Assembly (NCBI GenBank): GCA_030324005.1
Contig: JARDVH010000025.1
Location: forward strand, 76,208,729-76,272,728
Reading direction: 5' to 3'
DNA: 64,000 bases
Source of the DNA: Negaprion brevirostris
Taxonomy: Eukaryota
Below are positions 12,529 through 23,296 of this stretch, piece after piece; the first letter of the stretch is position 1, and every line of letters begins with the position of its first letter. The notes under the pieces were generated by a model. That model saw only the letters and a program-made list of their open reading frames with translations, made no database searches and had not been told where the DNA came from. The translations under genes were made by a program, and so were the position numbers.

Positions 12529-13745
12529 CTGGTTAATTTATTTAAATGCATGGAAATGCTGTTTTGCATCTGCTTAGCAAACCCGATGCCCAATCATCTA
12601 CGCTCACTGGGAGAGGTTCACTCCAGTGAGGAAAACACCTGCTCCTCATGAGCAGGGAACAGTTGTGTTGGCCTCACCAGTGGAACCAGAAGCCATTGAG
12701 CCCTCCTAGGGAATCTGTGTGCAAGTTAGAGGTGTCGTTTAGACAGTGCCAGACTGGCAGTGCACCTTGGCACAGCCAGCCTGGCACTTGGGCTATGCAT
12801 GCTGGGCACCTTGGCACCATCCACTGGGTAGTGCCTGACACCTGGATTTCCAGTGCAAGCAGCTTCTCACTGGAAATGGGTGAGAGGCTGATTAATTTAT
12901 TTAAATTTATTTAAATATTGATTGCAATATGCTTAGCAAGCTTGGTACTCAACTGGCTCGCTTACCTTTATGGCCTCACCGGGGGGAGGTTCTCTCTGGT
13001 GAGGGAAACACCTGCTCCCCATGAATAAGGAGCAATCATGTTGGCCTTGTCAATGGAACCAGAGGCTATTGAGGCTCCCCTGGAGAGGCCAAGTGCAAGG
13101 CAGCGGCGCCCCTTGGACAGTGCCAGACTGGCACCTGGGCAATGTCAGCCTGGCACTTATGCAATGTCCATTGGGCAGTTGGGCAATGCCCACTGGGCAG
13201 CGCTAGGGAGTGGGGCCTTTGGGGGCAGTGCCGGGACAGGGCCAATGGGGTGGGCTGAGGGTGTGGCCAATGAGGTTGGGCCAATGGAGGATGAGCCAAT
13301 TGGGGTGGGGGGGCCCACTGCCACTCTGCCTGCAATTGGTGGTGGGGGGAAAGAGGGCCGCCATTGGTCTGGGCAGTGGGGGACGGTGGTAGGGGCTGTA
13401 TCTCAGGCCATGGGCCCCATGATTGCAGGACAAAGGGTGCTGGTTGGATTGCCTGCTGTAACAGGGACCTGACTGCTCTATCCCTACCTGCCCGACCCTT
13501 ACTTCTGTTCATGCGCATATGCAGAATCAGAAGTCTGCACACGCACAATATTTCTCTTGACAGGCTGGCTGGCAAGTTAAGTCCCACCCACAGACTCTCT
13601 GGCTGGAAACTAACTAGCCCATCTTTACAGAAACAGAGTACATAAGATTTGACATGAAAACTCACCCAAAAAAATGGATCTGGAACTCTTCTGTTTTCAG
13701 ACCAGCTGGACACTTTGAAAAAATCTTGTAAAATCCCACCCTTAG
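12529..13745. repeat. GC-rich non-autonomous element with an internal tandem duplication of about 360 bp
   Basis: Units starting 12529 and 12887 align (GCTG.TTAATTTATTTAAAT...GAAACACCTGCTCC...TGGAACCAGA.GC.ATTGAG...ACAGTGCCAGACTGGCA). Related sequence at 57.85-58.03k and, inverted, at 40.84-41.1k. Confidence 0.65.
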
Positions 13746-15693
13746 AATCAATCTTCTAAAATTCTGTCCTTCCAGTTTGCAACTGCACAGCTCAGAAGGG
13801 ACATCAATAGGTGGTGCTGAACTATACAGTTCAAAAATACAGCATGTTCCATCTCTAGTATGTACTGCATAAACCATATCAGGGTATTAATTTCCAAGCT
13901 CTGGAATTACCACCCAAAACTTCTCCAATCCTTGACAATTTTCCTTCTTTAAAAGGTTCCAAAAACCACACCTCTTGGACCAAGCTTTTGGCTTTTGTCT
14001 TGTTGGGCCAGAACTTCCTTGCAGTAGCAGTTGCAGTCAAATTGCCACTCCAGTTCTACTGACTTGCACTGAAATGCAACTATGCCTTCCTCTCCTAACC
14101 TTCCAACTCAGGCCAGGTGAGAAAAGTTCAGTGCCTCTGCTTAGAAATCCTCCCTTTATTTACAGCACCAGTTGCCAATGAAACCTTTGACTCTACATTA
14201 ATGTATCCTCCATGGCAGTGCTTATCAAGCCAGTGCTCAAGCTGGGTTATTTTCCTCAGTGAACTGTACTCCAATCCTTTCCTGTCTTCCCAGTCCTGTC
14301 ACTGTGTGTACTCTTGCTCTCAATCCGCCCTTCTTTCTTCTGCTTTAAACAGCACCATCAATCACTATGACAGGATGCACCCCGATACTGAGGGCCGAGG
14401 CCTTTCATATTAAGATCAGTAATAAAACAGTAATTTAAATCAAGCGGATACAATGAGTTTTGGATTTACAAATATCTGCACTAATTATTGTCATTGCTAT
14501 ATATAAATGAAACATGCACATCTCCTGTTCTGCCTTTACTGTATTGGTTTAGAGTTCTATCAAAGAGCAATCAGGATGGTTATGTGATTATATTAGCTAA
14601 TGAGAATTATAGAAATTGACAGTCAAGAACAGAGATGTGAGTATTATAAAGTAATATGATTGTTAGAAAGTGGAAATAACTTTTGGATCAGATGATTATT
14701 GTTGATTGATAAGCTGGCTCCAAAATGAAACAGAATAATAAAATACATTTAAAAAAATATTTTTCAGGTCTCCTGATAAATGTTGCTCTGTACTGATAAC
14801 ATGTGTCTAATTCTATCAACTCAGTAATTTGAACTCAACCCATTTAACTGGTTTGGCACTAAAAGCACACAATGGATCAAATTATTGGGTAAAAGGGGAA
14901 ATGTAAAAGGAAAAGCCAATTGCTCAATAGTTAAAGAAAGGGCCAATTAAGCATTAAAGAATCTCCTCTTATAACTGTCATTGGCAAATTGGCAGCAATG
15001 ATAGGGATAACGAAATTCTCTGTTGTCATTCACCAGAAAACAAGTTGTGCTTCAAAGCTGTAAAGACAAAAGTTCAACAGGCAGATGTTCAAACTTCCCA
15101 ATGGTACAGTATATAATACCCAATATAGTATCAAGCCATACATATTCCACCTCTGATTCCCAATCTTTGCTCAGTTTACAGTCATGGTTCAGAGAGGACA
15201 GCAGAACTGGTGAACAAATGGGAATTTTCTCCTACAAGGATATATATATAGTGGACATGAGATCAGACTCAACTGTGGCAATTTCCACAGTATTGGCATG
15301 ATAATACTCAATAACAAAGTTCACAAATGAAAATGTCGGTAACCATGGAACTATACCATAGCAAGACGATCAACACATCAGGAAAAAAAACAGTGATGCA
15401 ATGGAGGAAATGGAAAATAAATGTAAGATCCTGGAAAAATAATACATTATTTAATGTAAAAAGCAGAATATGTTGTTGCTGATATTACAATGAGATGCAA
15501 TATGTGTACACAATATTTTAGGGCTCCCAGAACTGGAGACAAAACAGCAAAGTTACTACTCAAATCTTTGCTCTTACAGATGAGTCGGTAAAGAGAAACA
15601 TTCAAGACTCAGTTCCTAATTCTGCCCAGAGCATCAGGAATGCATAGCGTTACACTTTGGTGACAGGACAGGAGATAAAGGTAATTCCTTTGA

Positions 15694-16497
15694 CAAACTA
15701 CCCAGCCTTCAGGAGAACAGTGANNNNNNNNNNNNNNNNNNNNNNNNNNNNNNNNNNNNNNNNNNNNNNNNNNNNNNNNNNNNNNNNNNNNNNNNNNNNN
15801 NNNNNNNNNNNNNNNNNNNNNNNNNNNNNNNNNNNNNNNNNNNNNNNNNNNNNNNNNNNNNNNNNNNNNNNNNNNNNNNNNNNNNNNNNNNNNNNNNNNN
15901 NNNNNNNNNNNNNNNNNNNNNNNNNNNNNNNNNNNNNNNNNNNNNNNNNNNNNNNNNNNNNNNNNNNNNNNNNNNNNNNNNNNNNNNNNNNNNNNNNNNN
16001 NNNNNNNNNNNNNNNNNNNNNNNNNNNNNNNNNNNNNNNNNNNNNNNNNNNNNNNNNNNNNNNNNNNNNNNNNNNNNNNNNNNNNNNNNNNNNNNNNNNN
16101 NNNNNNNNNNNNNNNNNNNNNNNNNNNNNNNNATCTTGGGTTCATGTCACACTATCTGTAACCCTCCCGACTTGCCTGGGCTGCAAAACCTCACTAACTA
16201 TCCTGGCTGGAGACAATACACACCTCTTTAACCTGTGCTTAACCCTCTCTCCATTCACATTGTCTGTACCTTTAAGACTTAATTACCCGTTAAGACTTGC
16301 ATTCCAACATTATTTTGTAAATTGAGTTTGTCTCTTTATATACCGTGTTTGTGAACTGAAATCCCACTCACCTGATGAAGGAGCAGCGCTCCAAAAGCTA
16401 GTGGCTTACGCTACCAAATAAACCTGTTGGATTTTAACCTGGTGTTGTGAGACTTCTTACTATGTTTACCCCATTCTAATGCCGGCATCTCCACACC
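15694..16497 (+). mobile_element. Penelope-like element, 5'-truncated, with a gap in the middle
   Basis: 15694-15723 is the exact reverse complement of 55068-55097, next to the GIY-YIG ORF. 16365-16497 is the same pseudo-LTR as at 7.5k and 55.1k. Confidence 0.8.
16368..16403 (+). ncRNA. Minimal type I hammerhead ribozyme motif (mutated) in the Penelope pseudo-LTR
   Basis: CAC-CTGATGA-AGGAGC(AGC)GCTCC-AAA-AGCT-A-GTG: 3-bp stem I, CUGAUGA box, 5-bp stem II, palindromic AGCU stem III. GAAA is changed to AAAA here but intact in the 7659 copy. Confidence 0.7.
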
Positions 16498-17861
16498 ATT
16501 CTTTTGTTGCACACGGGGTTGGCAACTTTGTTCTAGAGAATCCAAGAACTGCTTTAGCAGGTTTGCACCTGACCTTACTATAATACTGCAGGAGAGTAAC
16601 CACTATCTTTGACAGAGGCATTATGAAATGCAGGAAACATATTGTTTACTGGAGGAATTGCTGAAAATGGACCTGGTCAAGTGACCTGGTCACTAAAATG
16701 AAGAAAGCAAGTAAAAGTACATCAAAGACTACGATTTCTCCGGTGACAAGAGAAACATTTCCTTCTAATCATTCATAATGTAAGATTAAACTACTGTTTC
16801 TAAAATGTGAAGCCATTTCTGTTGACATGCAGATAAGCTCAGCAAGTGCAACATTGTGATGGCAATTATAGTTTTACCAAACACTGGAGATGCTTCTCTA
16901 TTTATCACATGGACTGTATACCATATGGCTTGCAAAGATAAACAAGTTGCAAGTAAGCAATGATGCCGAATGGTAGACAGGAACTCCACAGTTCCAGTTG
17001 ATAAAAAAGGATTAGACTGTTCTTTAGTCTGCACATGCCAGTATTTGTCATAGTTCTCTCTCGACTGTTCCAATGCTCTTCATACAACAAATATTTTAGA
17101 TTAGTATCAATTGCAAATTTTAGTCTTTTTACTTATTTTCCCATGTCCACTACTCATGTTACACATCCCATTATAACAAGCTTGAAGTAGCATTTTAAAG
17201 TATATAGAAAAATGGTAAATGTTTTTATTTTAGAGTTAATTTCCCACTCTATTCTTTTGCCAGGGAACTATGTTAGGAAAAGAAAAAGCCCGTTTTGATT
17301 TCACTTGATGGTGCTGTCAATATTAATTATTCAAAACAAATGTTCCCATTACTGGTGTAAACATAACTGAAAAAAAAAGTTCTGTTAATTCAAATGTTGG
17401 TGGAATGTTGCTTTAATCTGATGGCTTAGTACATGTCTGTGGAGTTATTTGCCTGATGTATACTTTTTAAGTTTTTTAAAGGAAATTTTACTATACAGTG
17501 ATCATGAGCACGCACAGTATTATAGCAAGCAGAATTTCATTCTGCTCCTTATGACTGTTTTAATAAACTGGAAAGTATTTAATTTATGCTCTTTCTCATG
17601 TGTTCTCTGTTATGCTTTTTAAATGTAAATCAATGCAATGGTAGAGACACAGCAAACATTGATCTCTAGACCATAATGTAAACCACTGCCCTTGAGTTGC
17701 TAATGCTATTACATGTGAAAAAATGCTCTTGATCTTCAAATATAGAGAAAATTGTCACCCAAGTAGTGACTGCAAAACAATTGCATTATGAACAACACCT
17801 TCCATTTATATAACACCATAAACATAATGAAACATTCCAGGGCACTTCATAGTAGCATTAG

Positions 17862-18015
17862 TTCCAGAGAAGTGCTGGTTAGGTGCATTGGCCATGCTAA
17901 ATTCTCTCTCAATGTACCTGAACAGGTGCTGGTGTGTGGTGACTAGGGGATTGTCACAACAACTTCATTACAGTGTTAATGTAAGGCTACTTGTGACACT
18001 AATAAATAAACTTTA
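17862..18015 (+). mobile_element. V-SINE/HE1-related SINE, 3' half
   Basis: GGTGCATTGGCCATGCTAAATTCTC core and tail ...CTACTTGTGACACTAATAAATAAACTTT; reverse complement of the copies at 56.7k and 62.5k. Confidence 0.75.
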
Positions 18016-20037
18016 CCATTCCTTTTCCTTTTAAAGCTTTTAATGTAATTTTAAAAAAAGACAAAACGTTTGCCCAGAATGAGTGTAAGTGGCAGAATAA
18101 TAAATAGCTCTGAAACCAAAAACATGAAAAATAAGTCCCAAACTGCCACATGACAAAAAAAACCAAACTGGCAAACAGGGTCAATGGTCTGAAATCAATG
18201 TTGGCCATAAAGTGTCTGATCGAAAGATGAAGTGCTGTCAGTTGGGGACAGAAATAAATCTTTCCTCATTATTCCAATCAACAGTTGCAACTTCATAAAG
18301 TATATTTTAAAACAACCATAATTGGAGCTTTATTTCACATCAACTTTACAATTCATATTGATGGTACATTACACTTTGGTCATTTGCTGTACTTTGGTGA
18401 TGGCAAATTGTAAATAAAAGTATGAAATACCCTTTGTGTATTTACTGGTTCTTGTTACTTGCAACTGTGCCTGTAGGAGGAGTTCTTATCCTTCTCATGA
18501 ATTGATGCAATAATTTGATTAAACTCTGATCAAAGAAGTATCTTTTTTTTCAAGAAGCGAAACAGTTCCAAGGTTAAAAGCATATCAAAACCTTTGTATT
18601 TACTTAATGTTTTCTCTAATAAATATATGGGGGTTAGTAATTGCATCCTAAAATNNNNNNNNNNNNNNNNNNNNNNNNNNNNNNNNNNNNNNNNNNNNNN
18701 NNNNNNNNNNNNNNNNNNNNNNNNNNNNNNNNNNNNNNNNNNNNNNNNNNNNNNCGGGTTGGGAGCAATGCTCTAATGTTGTCGTTGTGTTTTATTTAAC
18801 TTTGCATATAGGAAAATTTTATGAGTTAGATGTTCCTGTGTTTGCAGTAAGCCGACAAAAATCGGGTAAGAGGCCAGAGAATGCAGCTCAAAAGGATTGC
18901 ACCTGATTTGCTGTCTTTAAGTTAACGGAGGGAAGAGAGTATAGGATGGAAGATTCAAATCCAACACAACGTGAAACAGCCTGTATTCAAATCCGCACCA
19001 ATATACCCGATCAAAATGTTCCGCCTGACAGCTAGGCGATCGGAAAACTGCTCGCACACCTCACTAAATGTACAAGTTGTGTCTGTTCGGCTTGAATTTT
19101 TTGGCTTGGTGTCTGGCCGGCAGAGTGCGCCGGTTGGTTTTTCATCCTGGTGGTGGCGATGCTAACTAAGGCTGAGCAAGTTACCAAATTGGCAACTCAG
19201 TCGATTCAAACTGGCCTGAATTGTCAACCATCGGCCAGCCATTGTAATAGCTGAAAACATTTGAGCGACATTTTCAGAATGTTAGTACGTGAAAATGATT
19301 ACTTTGATATTGCTACGCGGTTACAGGGGCCCGAGAAACTGCTATGAAAATGAATTCATTGTCATCTATTACACAAGAATTTTAAGTGCGTTGTTTATTG
19401 GCCAGGTAGTTGTCGTGGCCACTGAGTGTTTGTCACATAGGACCTTGATGGAAATTCAGAAATGTGGGAAAGCCACGGAATTGCTGGGATAATCGGCCCT
19501 GTAAGCTCAGTTTACTGTTATACTACCACTCACTGAATATTATCGTATCTTACTTTCCAATTGAATTATTTAGTGATTAACTTCCATTTCACAACTGCAG
19601 CTACACCGAATAAAGGCAAGCGTGCCAAAGGATGCACAAACCGATGTTTGTGTCTCGCCGTGTCTTAATGCAAAGCACATTGTGACTTGGAACCCATTCT
19701 TTGAATGCCTGTAACAGTTATTGTGTATTTTACACACGCGCGCACTGCAGTCTAGATTCACTCATGATTGGGCCATCCCATCATTTGCAATTAATAAATG
19801 CTCTTGCAGTGGAACTAATTCATACAAATGCGTGCCAGTACTCAACTGGCCATTTTGGCAGGTTATTATCAAGATATTTATTTATTTTTAACAATAATTT
19901 AGACAGACCAAGGGGTGATTAAATGTATTTAAAAGCCTACTAATGTTATCACGCACGGACGGTTCTGGATATTGAAACTTTCAGGTGAAGGCATTGGATG
20001 CTGAGATGGAGAAAAATCGGATGCGATGCTGTAACCG

Positions 20038-20068
20038 CTGCTGTTTCGCTTGGCCAGAGGGTGGCGCG
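20038..20068 (+). promoter_or_regulatory. Candidate CTCF site upstream of osr1
   Basis: TGGCCAGAGGGTGGCGC resembles the CCASYAGRKGGCRS core (2 mismatches), with CTGCTGTTTC at the position of the upstream motif. Confidence 0.45.
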
Positions 20069-22924
20069 TTTAGTTCGTGTTCCAGACGCTTTGGGTGACT
20101 TTGCACAGTTTTAGTTCCGCAAGCGATCAAAAGATACATTTTTCGGGATCGTTTCAAAAGATTTGGCCGTTGCAAAATATGCAACGAATTCCGTTATTGA
20201 GCACTCACCCATGTTGCATTCGACTGCATGAGCTGAGAACTGAGGAAGTGTCATTTTAATCTCAAACAAAACGTGTGTTCTAAAACAGTGAAAAAGTCCA
20301 ATGGGCCCAGTGATGTTTGGGAATGTTAAAATGGCATTGGTCCCGTAGAGTAGACAATATTACTGCCTTCGATGTATAATTTATTTATTGATATAATTTT
20401 TTATTTTTTTAAAGAAGAAGTGGTTGGTTGGTCTTAAAATGAAATTACTTTTGTGGATTTAAGTCAATTGGTTTTAGTGAATTTTGACAGGATGGCGAGA
20501 AAGGAAAGTTGTGGAGTGTTTATTGAAAAGAAACGAATGGGCCATGATAACGTGTATATTCCTGTGTTTTTCAGGACCTATATAATCACTGAGAAGCATG
20601 TATTAAAGAGTATTGTGTTAGAACCCGGGCTGCTCCGTCAAACGGCCAGATTATTGTATTATTCCCTCGCTGTTTATAATTCTAGATCTCATACGCGCCG
20701 CAAAACAAATTAATGAAAACATTCCGCGTCTTTCGTGTGACAGCGCGGTCTGAGTAATAATATTTAAACAAATAAAACCCAACATATAACTGTAGCTGTT
20801 TAATTTATCTTAATTGTAACTTGGATGACAAATTGAATAACCGTTAAAGGGGCTGTAACACCGTGCGGGCTGTTTGCTACGAGTTTCCAACTCGAGGTGA
20901 CGTTTGTATATTTGCGTTAATTATACAACATTTACCGCATTCTCGAGTGGTTTGTTTTGTATTATAACTAAAACAACAGGTTATTATGTTACAGGAAAAC
21001 AGAATGGGTCCTGATTGTGGAAAAAAATGTTTATGTAACGAGCGTTATATCATTTTTTTCAATTTCCGATGTTTAATAAATGTCAGAATAAAGTGCCCAC
21101 AAAAGACTGAACGAATAAGAGCATCATTCATAAAGGGGAGAGAATGTGGTTCTCCACGTGATGGTACCTCACGTGAAACCACTAGAAGAGCTCACACTGC
21201 AGCAAGCGCTCCTCAGCGAAAAGGGTGCATCTCGTGAAAAACAAATGTGTCCCCTTCACACTAACATACCATTAATACTTGTTACATTTCACCGGCCGCG
21301 TGCATTTCTCACCATTTCCTCTGCATAACGATGTTTTAAATAACCTCCCTTCTTTAGCCCCGTCTCCGGGGAGCTTTGGAAAAACAAACTTACATGCATT
21401 CGTACACGTTTTCATATTTCCTTTTGTAAATCTTACATCTCGGGCTGCAAGCTGGAAGCCCGATAACCCGGTGCGAGCGAGATCTATTCAGCAAGGATCT
21501 CGCTTGTCTTAGCAAGTGGTGACTTGGGTGGTGAGGGAAGTGTGGTTGGGGAAGTTTGAAAGTGGGCGATCCTCCTAAATATAAACTCTGCTCTCTGGAT
21601 GAGCCAGTCACACTCTCCTCAAGCCGTCGATTTATTTTGGATGGAAGAGAGCAGCTATCAAGGAACAAACGCCCTCATTTTATCTCCACGACTGCCATCA
21701 CTTTATTGATGGTCGCGGTTTCTTTTTTTAATATAAAAAACTTATTTTTAAAGGCACAAAACAAAGGTACAAAAAAAAAGGAATGGAGATGGGAAAATGG
21801 GTGAAAAAGATGAAACGAGGAAATAATAAACGAAAACGGGAAAAACAGCAGTGATTGTGTCTGAATGGTTGTGCGGGGACGGGAGAGTCAGCGGGGAAAT
21901 GTCTCCAAATGTCAGACTGAAAGCAGGACTGTGCTCCTTTAATTGTTGCATTGACCCTAACATTTTAAACGAATCTAAACGCATTAAAGAGCTTAGTGTG
22001 AAGCTTTCTGATAAGCTGGGTGCATCAATCATTATTAAAGAGCCCATCGTGCCTATAACAATACTCCCAGCACCCAAAGAACATATTGTGTGGCTTACAC
22101 CTCATCAACTGAAATGTTTTATTTCTAATCGGTTCTTTTTCTAACTGCACCGACCTTTGTTTTTTTATTTTTATTACACTTTTTGTCGACCGAAAGAAGT
22201 TTGGATTTGTTCTTTTTTTTTTGGGGGGGGGGAGAAAGTACACTACCCTGTGATCTGTCGAAACGGCGTTGGACGAGTAATATTTCTGACCCATTTATGG
22301 AGTTTTGCTTGGACTGGAACTGAACGTTTCAGGGTTAATTTTACCGAGGAACATGATGTTATCTTTCGATGTGTGCTTTTCATGTATTGCGCACTGCTTC
22401 CTTGATCTCTTAGGACCCCGTGAGTCTGACCACAATCAAAACAAAACCCAATTTTTGCATTCATTCTTCGCTGATCAAGTTGCTTTTAACAAACATGCCA
22501 ACCTATTTTGGTGTCTCAAAGTCCTTCTCCTCACATCACTTCTGGCTTGGTGCAAAAGATAAACTGGTGGTTTTAGCGGATGCTTAAAATAGCCCAGCTA
22601 TCGAGCATCTGTGCAACCACCAAGGTCGGAATCTACTGTCTAGTTCATTCCATTGGTGGCCTGGGCTATTTTTTCTCTCTCTCTGTGCAGAAAAAAAACG
22701 CTGCACATTTGCTTTGAATTAAGTTAACAAAAAAAAGGTACGAACGTCCCGTGGTCCAAAGAGTTAGGAAACACGCTGCTGGTGTTTTCCAGAGTTGTCT
22801 TTTGGGCTCTGGAGCCTGTAGCGGTTGTTGAGATGCCCCAGCCCATGCTCTCCCCCGGCCATGCTGTGAACTCTTCTTGAAAGTTTGTTGACTTTTGCTG
22901 TCAAAGAAGTTGGTGGGGCTGGCT

Positions 22925-23015
22925 GCGCAGTGCGCCTGCGCCGTGCGGGGATTTCTCGCAGGACTCGGTTGAAATAGGAGGTGGTTCCAGGGGTCTGGAG
23001 GAGTCAGTCAGTCTC
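22925..23015 (+). promoter_or_regulatory. osr1: Putative osr1 core promoter in CpG-rich DNA
   Basis: CpG-dense. NRF1-like TGCGCCTGCGCC at 22931-22942, weak TATA-like GAAATAG at 22971, and Inr-like TCAGTCAGTC at 23004-23013 about 30-35 nt downstream, ahead of the splice donor at 23297. TSS is inferred. Confidence 0.45.
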
Positions 23016-23296
23016 TGCTCGGCATCTCTCACCCAACAGCAGGCAACGCTGTGCCCGTGCAAGGAGCAGCTGAAACAGCCTCCCCCCCCCCCCCACCACC
23101 CCCGCCAGATCGCTGTCGCCTGCCACCACCTCACCCCAGACATTAGCCACCTTCGCCCCGCAGCGCCAACTCCGAGCTCAGAGCATGCCAACTTGGGTAT
23201 GCGCTTGTGCCACAACCGCCGCCTCCACCTCTTCTGCCACTAGCTCCAGCGAGAAAGCGGCGACACTCGCAGCGGCCGCGGAAATCCCCGGCACAG
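23005..23296 (+). other. osr1: Putative osr1 exon 1 (5' leader exon)
   Basis: GC/CpG-rich segment ending in a consensus donor CAG|GTAACC (GT at 23297). Vertebrate OSR1 has a leader exon several kb upstream of the ATG-bearing exon. The 5' end is uncertain. Confidence 0.6.

Noticed and set aside
13038-13713. Overlapping 144-215 aa ORFs
   Set aside because: GC-rich repeat with few stop codons, no recognisable domain, and homologous to other repeat copies.
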